A stretch of 64,000 nucleotides of DNA, from the NCBI GenBank assembly GCA_001949185.1, contig BDGG01000001.1, positions 2,044,478 to 2,108,477 on the forward strand. Reading direction: 5' to 3'. This stretch comes from Ramazzottius varieornatus. Lineage: Eukaryota > Animalia > Tardigrada. The notes beneath the pieces are model-generated. The model was not told the origin of the DNA and searched no databases. It saw only the letters and a program-made list of their open reading frames with translations. This document shows, in pieces, positions 23,694 to 34,731 of the stretch (position 1 is the first letter of the stretch; every line of letters begins with the position of its first letter). Both the position numbers and the translations under genes were made by a program.

Positions 23694-26429
23694 TTACCGA
23701 CATATTTTTACCCAGAAGTGCTTTGGGCTGAGTGGAGTCGTGCAGCATCTAAAGAGACGTTAGTGTAATTTATCCCGAACCTTCGGCGCAAATAAGAACT
23801 TAATGCGCGGGTTGATCAAGACCTGGGTCCTTGAGCAGCTTAAATCAACTTGCTAAGTCAGTCAGCTATTTTGTTCGCGACGTGCGCGGATTGGTCAAAG
23901 TGGTCTCCGGGCCGGACCCAGGTCCACTAACGCACCGAATCATTACATTATTTTGGACTTACCTCGGAACTCTTCTTTGCTGTCGGGACAGCTGGATCAT
24001 CCCTCACATCAGCCGAGAACTGAATATGCGAAGCGTTTCCGGTTGCGTCCGATCTGGCACCCATCTTTGACATAGCGGATTTCAACGGCTTCAACTCCTT
24101 ATTGTCCGACCCGGAAGTGCCTTCTACCGGCTGAACCGGTGCATTTTTCTGCCCTGCTTCAGTCGCCCTGGTCTTCCCGCCATCTTTCACATTGTTCTGC
24201 GGGGTCTGCGTCGGATTAGTCTGTACCTTCTTGACCGGCGGATTCTTGACACTGTCACTTGTCCCATCAGATTTCGGTTTCTTCTGACCGGTTTTACGGT
24301 CAGGTTCCTGTTTACCGACTTCCTTCTTCCCTGCCTGTTTCGATGATGAAGGTGGATCGGTTTTGGTCTGGCCGGTCTCGCCTTCCCTTTTTACTGGCTT
24401 CTTCGAAGCTGGCTCGTCTTCGTGTTGGATATCAGCTTTGATAGGGACAGGATGATACTGCGGGCCGGTGGGAAGCTTGCCGCCATTCTTCGCCTTTTGT
24501 TCTTCCACCAACTGGCTGCGATACCGCTCATCAGGCTGGTTACCAGATGGCAGCACGGGTTCTGCATTGTGGTGCTTAATGGCAAAGTAAGCCTTCCAAG
24601 CTTCCACCTGCAATCGCAGATTGCACAACTTACAATAACTTCCTTGTAACATAAAAAATCCGGTGGGAGTGAGAAGAATCATATGCGCTGGTTATAAGCC
24701 GCAAAGGAAATTGCCAATTTCTGAAGCAACGTCAAAGCCGTGCCATGGTCCAGCTCTCATTAACGGAACATCGTTCGGGTGCGTGCTTGGCACGGCCTTT
24801 AGTTGAACGAGTTTTGTTCCCGTTCTTCTCACCTTAGCTTCCTGGTCTGTTTTCGCGCTCTTGGTCATATCCACATTCAGCTGTTCCATAGTCTGTCGGA
24901 AGCGCGTCCGACGATCTAGGTCCTCTTCGCGCCGTTCTTGGCGATCTTCCTCTGTCAGGGCTGTCTTGATGAGATGTTGTCTTTCGGCAACTTGGTCTTC
25001 TTTGGTCTGAATTTTCTCAATCAGTGCTGCGCGCCGCCGTTGCTCTTTAAGATCTCGTTTACGCTTCACGACAGTCCGCTCGTACATACCCGTCTCTCTG
25101 CGGACTTGACGAACATAGTCGTTGAGCAGAAGGAACTCTCTGATGAGCGCTTCCTCTTCCATCGTTGGATCGAAGCGTTGTTCAGCGGCTTCTTCGTTTA
25201 TCTGGTACTGGTCGGCGGTCGTGCGATCTTCCGTCAGATTGGTCTCGTCCACCTTCTGCTTTTTAGGGTAGGACGGCTCGGTAGAAGCTCCCTCTTTTGC
25301 GAGATCAGCTTCCGGATCTTCTGGGTCAGCTTCAGTGTCTTCCGGCTCTTTGTCGTCCGCTTTGACGTCGTCGATGAACTCTAAGTTAGAACATTGCATA
25401 ATCGAGTTTGATCAGCCAAATTAAAGAACAAACGTTTGATAAGAAGCCGAAACAATGACCGATGTATTTTTTGGAAATGGTACAAGACTTACTGCGAATG
25501 CTTCCACACAAAGCGTTCCGCATCGCAATCTGGCGTTTCTTGTTGACAAACATTAGCTGCTGCCGGAAGAAGCAGTGGCGCCACTGGTTGAACTCACGAA
25601 GGCTGACGAGAACGTCTCCGTCTTTTGTGATAAGGCCATGATGCAGCAGAATCTTTTGCCGTCCTTCACAGCGGACGAACTTTCTTAAACAGGCATCCTT
25701 TAGCGGATTATACTCCGCGTTGTAGATTCGTTTTTCGGGATCCCACAGGTCAAATGGAGCGCCTGAAAAACGTCTCATGAAAGGCCGACCCTTTCAAGAT
25801 GAAAGGCAACAAGGAAGCCGCTTACCATGCCACTGTCTGTCGGTAGGCGTGAACCCAGTAGAAGCCTTGCCAGCCGTCAGTTTCCAGTTGAACCATGGCG
25901 GAAGATGCAGTTTATCCCTATATTCCAACAATCGCCAAGTTGGTAGTTCCGGTTGTGGCCAACAGTCCGGGACATCCATGATCTTCCGGCCAGTGGACGG
26001 TAGCACAAATGCCAGCCCGCGAGCTCGAGTAGCCAGCCGGTGCCACTTACTTGGCCGAACAGGCTCAGGCGGCACCACTTCGGACACTTCGGACACTTCG
26101 GACACTTCCGACAGACTGGGTTCCACAGCCTCATTGTCCGCAATATTCCCTTCTCCGTCTCGCGAAGGTTCGACATTCTGCTTTTCTGTAATCGTTCGAC
26201 CGGGCTTATTCTTCTTCAAAGACGCCTGCTTCACCTTTTCCCAGTTCGAGCTTTTACTGGGCGCTCCTATCTCAGTTCTCTGAGTTTGCTCAGCGGGAGC
26301 ATTATCCACGTTACCGTCAACTTCCGGTGGAACGCTTTTTGAATGACTATCCAAAGTTGCTGAATTATCCAACGGCTCTGCCGTGTCCGGCGAAGGGTTC
26401 GTTGTCTCTTTACTCGCCTCGTCGGCCAT
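23694..26429 (-). CDS. Protein with FSIP2 N-terminal-like domain and coiled-coil/low-complexity regions
   Basis: PFDLWDPEKRIYNAEYNPLKDACLRKF...GLITKDGDVLVSLREFNQWR matches the conserved FDLxDP..Y..LHDP.L...G.IT....V..TL.E.N.YR motif of fibrous sheath-interacting protein 2. The 3' end is approximate. Confidence 0.7.
26076..26112. repeat. Coding 9-bp tandem repeat (SEV x4)
   Basis: cacttcgga repeated. Confidence 0.6.
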
Positions 26430-27384
26430 GATAAGTACGGAGTATCACACAACTATTTTCAATAGATCAATCATGCTGTATCATCTCTTCTGGAGTAAGA
26501 TTTGAGTAGGGATTACGAAAAACATAACGATGGCTCTTTCGGGTCATTCGAACGTTTCGAAAACAAGTCTGACCTTCGCGGTCGGGCTTCGTGGGATGGG
26601 TTGATTGAGCGTGTGTTGCCTAGGTTGTTTGCGCGGGACGCCCTTTTCAGCTTCCGGTGTCAGGGTGGTAAAATTTTATCGTCTAAAAAGGTACAGAAAA
26701 GACACCAGCAGCAAAAACGGTCGTGACTAAGATCTGGAAAAACTCTCGGTATAGAAAAAGAAGAAAACAAGATGCAGCCGAAACACTGGACTCATCACAT
26801 GGGTTGTTTGGTATCAAACACTGCCAGAACAGCAGTTCTCTGATTAAGTATAACGTCCGATGGATATTGCAAGGAAGGCACAGTTTTCAAGTATCAAATG
26901 GCAGCTAGAGGTTAGTTAGCCTGCATTGTTGTACGCTTAGTTGTGTGTGGGTGTGAGTGAAGCTTACTGGACAAAATCAAAAGCTAAAATGCTGATCCGA
27001 AAATTCTTTGTGAGAAACTTCTAGCATAGGAGGATGCTGCCTGCCTTGCACCACTGGCTGAATAGCATAATAACTGAAAAGCTCGAACTTCTTGGGACTT
27101 TTGGGAAACGAGAAACTAACAAACGCCGGACTTCTTCTGTACATTCAACGGCTCACCTACGACAGCAAAAGCATGATGAGTTTTTTCTCAGAGACGTTGA
27201 CTATCCAAAGAAGTTGTTTCTCTTCAGTTTAGTCAATACTCTCCGATAATTTTTCCGTGGACTTTACTAACGTTTGTTCTAGACTAACCTATCTGTCTTT
27301 GAACTTACCTGATCCTCCCGCGTCAGTTCCGGATCAGCTGGGCCAACTGACAAACCATTCTGTGAACCTGAAAAGATTTTTCCT

Positions 27385-30117
27385 TCAGCGAAAATTTTCA
27401 AGTAGATCGAGTAACGCTTTACCTTCGTTGTGGGCTGCGTGTGTTGATCCGTTGCTGCTGATCGAGCTTCCTTTCTTCCTCGGTCGCTTCTGTTTCTTCG
27501 ACTCGGCAACCTTTTCACCGTCCACATTATTCAAGTTACCATCATCGTCACGCCCACTGATCATCTGCGCTTGAGCAAACTCTTTCGCGACACCGGTCAC
27601 CGTGTTGTTACGTTGGTTCGGGGACCTTGCGGCCGTTGGCTGAAACTGGATTTCATTCTGCGTCGTCACATGTCCGTTAGTCAAACCAGTATCCTGCAAG
27701 AAATCCGGATTCCCTTTCACCAACCCAATACATCGAACGACTAAAGTTGAATAGGAGCTCGGCAGACAACCCCGACACAAGATTACTTTCTCAAGCGGCG
27801 CACTTTTCCAGTTTTATTGTACGGAAGCATGCGTCACTTGGGGACACCGATCTTGTCATTCTTCCAAATATGTTATCAAAGTCACACAAAGGCTTTTGAA
27901 GAAAGCCTTCTTTCGCATACCTTTCGAGGCTGTTGTCGATCCAGCTGTTGCTCCTGCTGCTGATGTTGAGACTGCTGTTGTCCCCCGACACCATCCACCA
28001 TCTTCGGAGCTTCATATCCGTTGTACCCATTGTAACCGTTGTAGCCACCTTGGCTGCCTCTTCCTCTTCGGCTATCTTTGCGTCTGTTCTGGCCGTTCGA
28101 TTTCCCATCAAGCAAAGTCTGTGTCTGTGCCGTTTGATTGGCCTGACCATGACCATTCTCTTCCATGACCGGCTGGGCCTGCCTGTTTTGAGTACTAGCC
28201 TGTGGTGATTTCTGCTGGGTAACTTGCGCAGCTAAAGGTTGGCTTTGCTGTTGTAGCTGCGCCACTGGTGTGGGCTGACTTGTTTCCGATGGTCGAGCAC
28301 TCGCGTCAGAAGGCGCCTTGGAACCTCGTCGCTTCGAGATACGCTCTTCGTAGGCCTTCTGCCGTTCTTCGAACTGTTCTTTCTCCAAGCGATTGATCTC
28401 TTGTTGATGGTCGATGCGGCATTCCACCAGCATGCGCGCATCGGCAGTTTCCGTCTTGGTTCCAGTCAGCAGCAAGGCCGAACAGCCTTCGTGCCATTCC
28501 AGGGGCAGCTTTGAAGTGGCCAAACTAGCAGCTGAATCGCAGATGCGAAGTAGCGCACAGTTAGACCGTTGCTGGATGGTCTTGATGGTCTCGCCACCAG
28601 CCTGAAAAATATACAAAACAATGAAAGTAATCGGCATACAACTTCGATCCAATCCTGTCCGAAATGACGCATTTTTCCAGCTGATTACTAGAAACGTGCG
28701 CCACTTTGGAGAACGATCCGATCGAGCTCACGCAAAACCAGACTTTTTGAATTTAAAACTGGATTACTTCACGAAACAAGGTTAGGAAAGAACAAAGTAA
28801 AAGTACGAACCCCGACGACGAAGCGAACGAAAGGTGTATCGATGTACAAGACGTCCGTGTGATGAAAGAGTAACTCTTGCGCCTGAGCAGCCGCTTCTTC
28901 GTTGGCCGCCAGAATTTCAAAGACTTCTTCCTTATCAACTATGGAGATGATACCGGAGAGCCGACATGCCGCGGGGAGGTTATCACGATTAATCTTACGA
29001 GCCACGTAACTCAAGGAAGCAGCGTCGAGGCTGGCGAGAGGAACGGGTAGCTCAACTCGACAAACGGCGGACTTGATCTTTTCCAGTTGCTGCTTCTTCG
29101 GCTCGATTTCGTCCCGTAGTTCCTGACGGATCGGAGAGTTTTGTAGATGGAAGTACATTAGCATTTCGGCTCGAGTGGCCGCTTCTTTTCCATATCCCTG
29201 CAAAGATAAACGAGGGTTGAAACAACTTAAAACAGGAAACAGTAATTTTCAACAATCAAGTACACACTTCACATTGCCCAGTATTTTAATATTCAATATT
29301 GGTTCGATCATCCGGATCAATCAAGTTAAGACAATCACCCGATTCACTTACCATTATAATGATGCTGTTTGGCGGTTCATAACGGATATAATCCAGTCGA
29401 CCAAGTTTTGCAAGTAACGCCAAAGAGCGGTCGCTTGTAGCTTCCTCAAGAAACTTAGGGTCTACAGGAAACTGTAGACGATGGATGGATTCCAGGTTGA
29501 GCTGAATCGGTGCCTTGAGGATCCGCAAATCTTCGATGGGCTTAGTGACTCGGCGAGTCTGACCAAGCTTCGACAGATTCAAATCAATGGTGTAGAATCC
29601 GTTGTTCTCCGAGACTACAGCGCCGGGATACCACGTCCGTGGAGCATCTGCTCTCAAGGAGTAGAAAACCTAATGACGACAGGAAGATTGGGATAAGGTA
29701 GGCATGCTCAACAGGTTAGATGGCAAAAAAAGCTCACCTCGACGTCCTTCACGCCATTGGCCAAAGCTTGCTGCACCTCGTCACGGTCAACCCGAGGAGC
29801 TTGGTACAAATCTACATCGGTCCTGTACCATCCATTCTCCATCCAGCTGCAGAAGAAGATAAGGTTGATACTAGTACATTGCAGTTCAACTAACTTGCAT
29901 ATAATTATATACTTGTCTTCAAAGCTTAAGTAAAGCTGTCGCTCTGCCAATCCGTATTCCTGTACGGAAGCCTGAAATCAAGGGACATCTGTTGTCAACA
30001 GTTAACATCCGTAGAATGAGCTCTGTTCATACGGAGAGGTAGACTTACAGGATGTAGACCACCATCTTCTCCGAGGAATTCAACCGTAAGGTTTTGAAGC
30101 GATTCCGGTGTGGCCAT
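27385..30117 (-). CDS. FMR1: Divergent Fragile-X family RNA-binding protein (tandem Agenet, KH, RGG-like)
   Basis: MATPESLQNLTVEFLGEDGGLHP|ASV..LSFEDNW (Agenet 1); TWYPGAVVSENNGFYTID (Agenet 2); AATRAEMLMYFHL; FEILAANEEAAAQAQELL..DVLYIDTPFVRFVVG|AGGETIKTIQQRSN (KH2); RRGRGSQGGYNG tail. Collinear with FMR1/FXR. Confidence 0.8.
27753..27860. repeat. Palindromic element copy P10 (core 27793-27839)
   Basis: acaagattactttctcaagcggcgcac...atgcgtcacttggggacaccgatcttgt; intron 27694-27920. Confidence 0.85.
28632..28730. repeat. Palindromic element copy P11 (core 28662-28706, 45 bp)
   Basis: tcgatcc...aaatgacgcat...gtgcgccactttggagaacgatccgatcga; intron 28602-28810. Confidence 0.8.
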
Positions 30118-30664
30118 ATTCCCGCGAACAGACGGAGGTACAGAGAACAGGGAGGACGAAGTAGAGCTTGAGCTTGATGTGAGGATAGGGAAAGCACGGA
30201 AGCATAGAAAGATCTAGGCAAACGGACCCAGAAGAGAAGACTCGGATGAGGACAACTGGACAAGAAGGAAGAGAAAGAGTTTCCCATGACCCAGATTACG
30301 AAACCAAAACGCCAGATAGGTCCCAATAGCAAGTTTGCGATTGTGCCCCTTGACGGTTACATCATCTACATGACATCACGCACCTGTCACGTATGAACGG
30401 TATGACATGACACACTGCACACATTCGTGGCAGATTCTAATTAACAGGCTATGAGTCATAAACACATAGCGTTCCCAGCTTCCCCGGCTCTTCCAAATGG
30501 ATGGAAGCGTTATCTTGCAGACACGGATATCAACACATGCTCCGGTGACGCACGAGAAATCTTCCGATATTATGGAGGACGGCTTCCAGAGGGATCTACC
30601 TTCCGCAAAGCTCACTTCCGGTCAAGAGAATTTCATGCCAGCTTGTGACCATGTCGATATCACG
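30118..30664. promoter_or_regulatory. Probable bidirectional promoter between the FMR1-like gene and COG6
   Basis: Head-to-head start codons about 550 bp apart. Confidence 0.45.
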
Positions 30665-33482
30665 ATGGCGAACGGGAAGGCACATGAAGAGGGTGGGCCG
30701 TCCGAACGACACCCGGAACATCCGCTGGCCAAAAAAGCAAAGCGAATCTGTGCAACCAAGGTATCACAGGTACGAACGGATTGCGCGGTCAGCGTAAGCG
30801 TGGTCAATTTCCGGTGGGACTTATCTTATATGCTGCTATATGTGTAATACAATTTTCTTGCAGGACATCCTACAAAACCTCGAACTGCTCGGAACTGCAG
30901 CCAACATCAGAGATGCTGCAACTCGTCGCAAACTTCAATCGCAACTAGAGTTCCGGATGGTTCAGAAGCACAATGACTTCCGGACGGATATGGGCAGGCT
31001 TGTTCGAGTACGGTGTCCATCCCTACCTGTTGTGCCTTCCTGCTTCTGTCTCTCGCGTCTCACTGTTACAATTTTTCATAGTAGTATAGTATGCGTGAAA
31101 CTTTCGTCATTGCAGAAACTGGAGGATGCACACGAAGAACTGTCCTTCGTCAGTACCACCGTAGTTGAGAAGATTCGTCAGCTGAAACTCCTGAAAGAAG
31201 CGTCAGGACGATTTATCGAGCAAACGAAATCGCTCGATGTGAAACTGTATGTGAATTTTTCTGCTTCTACGTATTACACGGCCGATGTACGTACATTTCC
31301 ATGTTGTCCTCTGTGCAGGAAAGCAACCGACGACAAGCTAGCCGTCGTGAAGAGAATTTTGGCCGTGTTTACTTTGAGCGCACTGGAAGCTGAGACTTTG
31401 GAGAAAGCTTTCGGGTCCGATGACCGAACCCTGCCACGCGTAAGTACAGTGAGCATTCGCAAATCGTAATACCTTTTAACGGGCTCTGATGACGAATTTG
31501 TTCCCAGGATTTTTTCGAAGCTCTGAATAGGTCGGTCATCGTGGCTGAACGATGCACTACACTAGTTCGGGTCTACAATCCTTCCCAGGTCTTAGGCACG
31601 CAGCTATTGGATGCTGTGTCGCGATCACAGGAAATCGGTTACCAGAAACTTTACCGGTGGTGCACAGACGAATGCCGGAAACTCTGTGCAGAAAGTCCGA
31701 TGATCGGCGCGACGGTGTGTGAAGCGCTGTCTCACCTACAAACCCGCAACGCCATGCTGGTTAGTGTCCTAGACGAGTACGCTGTCATGCGGAAATCCGT
31801 GGTGACGAGTGCTTTCTTGACTGCTCTGAACCAAGGCTCTTCTGGTAAGTCCGTTCTTAAACTATGAGAACATAATTTAGTAATTTAATCTGACTTTTGA
31901 AAAGGTTTGTCAACACGATGAGTTTCAAACTGTTTTCTTATGTTTTCTTCTTGCTGATGTTTTAGCTAGTTCGGGCCCGTTGGAGCTTCATTCGTATGAC
32001 GCCCTGCGGTACTGTACTCTGGTTCTTGGATGGATCCACCAGACAGTAGCTACCGAACGCGATTACTTGATGCTAATGCTGAAAGACATCAAGCCTGCCA
32101 CTCAAGATTTCATCATCCCCAGGGTGTTCTCCACCTTGACAGAAGGCCTGCTGCCGCTACTGCAAACCAGATTGGAACACGTGGTTAATGCCGAGGAGAA
32201 CGCAGTGGTGCTGTTCCGCGTTCACCACTGGATAAAGTTTTACGTCGAAAAAATTCGGTGATTTTTTTGGCAACAACAATGGGGGGCGGGGTGGTTCCAC
32301 CGTGCTCTAACGTTCATGATGTTTTACTGTAGGACGATAGTTGGCGATTTCGTACAAGCCGAGAAATCTCTCGTGTCTTCTCTGAGCGATATCGTCGAAG
32401 CCACCTTCATGCGTTACCTGTCCGTCCTTCGGAACATCGGTGCACAAATCTCGAAGAAAGTAGATGTTCCACCGGACAACCTCGAGCCTGCTTCCGTCCT
32501 CACTTCGACCCTCTCGCTGCTTCGAGAGCTGACCGGAAGTCAAGAGTTTGTCCATAGCGCAGATGGCAGTTCTACCGGTGAGAACATGGCAGCTTTGATG
32601 TCTGTCGTTCTTGAGCCTCTCCTTCGAACGTGCAACCAGTCCGCGTCGCACGTGACACCCAACACTCCAACCGCCATGTCGGTATACCTCTTGAACTGTT
32701 TACACGTGATACGAACCGCGCTCTTCAGTCGACCAGGCATGGACAATAAGACGCAGGAACTTCTGGCTCGTCAGGTTGGTGAGCTTTACAAGTCCGATAA
32801 CTTTGAACAGGGAAGTGTCCAATGGGTATCTTTTGAATTCTACAGAGTGACGCACATGTGGGGACCGTGGTAAACGAGGTGACGGGTAATGTAATAACGA
32901 ATGTGCGAATGCGTCCTCTGTTGGACATACTGCGGTTTCCGGAAGACTCGGTAACTAATTGATTAGACGTCGAATGGCTACTGCATGTCAACGATGACAC
33001 GACTAATCAATTTTAACATGGTACAGTGCCCTTGACGTCCGTCTGGTTTATTTATAGCGCACGCCACCCGAAGATGTCGATGTGGAAGACTTCTTGGTAA
33101 GTAGAACACAGTGGACCGATGATACGCATCAAGTCTATCGGTTCGCTCGACTGAACGGAAGAAGCAGGAACGACAGCGGGCTTAGCGTTAATTCTCCTTT
33201 TAGGCGGCGTTCGACCAGTACCTAACCAGTCCTGATGGGTTCTTACCGAGAGACCTGCGGTTGCTTCTCGACCCTCAAACTAGGTACTTCGTTAGACTGA
33301 TTAATATCACCACTCGGTCCGTTACTTGTTTGATCCCGGGTGCTTGTAGGAGCATGGTCATTCGGACATCACAAAGTTTGATGTCCGACTACTATCGTCA
33401 GGTTTTTCCGTTGATTTGTGGTAGGTACACCACGTCCTTGAAATCACCTGAAACGGTGCAAAGGCTACTCGCATCTGCGTAA
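30665..33482 (+). CDS. COG6: Conserved oligomeric Golgi complex subunit 6
   Basis: HPLAKK...TRRKLQSQLE; DFFEALNR; QEIGYQKLYRWCTDECR; LDEYAVMRKSVVTSAFLTALNQG; PLELHSYDALRYC..LGWIHQTVATERDYL; PPDNLEP; YLLNCL. Confidence 0.9.
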
Positions 33483-34731
33483 TCTCCATCTGGATGACGA
33501 AATTGATTTCCATGCCCCGCAGCTGTTGGAGATGGGATGGTTTTATTGTGGCTTGTTGAAGGCGCCAGATGTTGTTTCCTACCTCTGGCCCGTTAGGTTT
33601 ACCTGAAGACAGACCTGACTGATATTTACCGGTTTTTCACATCTGGGTCCCGGTAAAGATGCCTCCCTACGAAAATTTCGATGAGGAACCCGCATGAGGG
33701 CAAAAAGTGTTTTATGACCAAAGTTGATTAAGCCATCAGAAACAGGTTTGCTATCTGATACTGCTGGACCATTTTACTTACTCTAGCTTCGAATGAAATG
33801 ACGGTTTGCTTTTCGGCTCTGTCAGCGGTACATGTTCTTGTATGAGAAAACACTAATAGTCGACGAGGAGCGTGATATACTGCGGCGCACAGCGGTGAAT
33901 AGGCAAACAGTGCCACAGTCTAACGTTTGCCATGGCCGCCTGCAAGTCGAGCTCGATAGGCAGACGGCTCGTTTCGAAGGCTGCTAAAGAACCACCCTCG
34001 TCACTGTATCTTACACGCTGTGTGGCTCTTGCACCACACTGGCTGTAAGAATTCGCCGTTTAGTATCTCGACAGACTACTATCTGCGCAATTTGAAATAC
34101 TTGTACATTAATAAATCTCTGAAAGCTGAGACGCCAAAGCTTTGGCAACGCACCGTCAATGTCAGGGTCTGACTGTTTGAGGCTTTCAGACGCCCAGTGT
34201 GCCTTGGTAGACAGTATACTACCGTAAAAACATTGTTCCGAGGTGTAACAACGTCGTAACTTGATAATCTTCTCCAAACGTTTACTTTGAAAGGAACTTA
34301 GGAGAAACCGAAAATGCGCTCTTCCTGGCTCCGACACACTTGATGTGATTGATCTGAGCGACATGACTGACATCATGTGATGTAATACCAGAGTACGTCG
34401 AGCTATGATTGATTGGTTTTACTGTATGACCCTTGATTGATCCGATAGTCACCATTGCGCGGTTTTTCTTCATTCCTGAATTGCTCTTCCAAAGGAACAA
34501 GCCTGGATAACGTCTAACATACAGGTTAACCTTCTCAATCCTTCCGTATTTCAGGACTAGTTCAAGATGTTTCAGAGAGGTGGCAGCTGCTTGATCAAGT
34601 ACGACAGTCGGAACTACTACACCGGTCTGTGGACTTCGACACTTTGCTGTCTTTTGGACCAGAAATGCCACTTCGTCTTTCATTCTTTTGGCCGCAGCAC
34701 ATGTTGACAGGCTTTGTACAACATTATCAAG

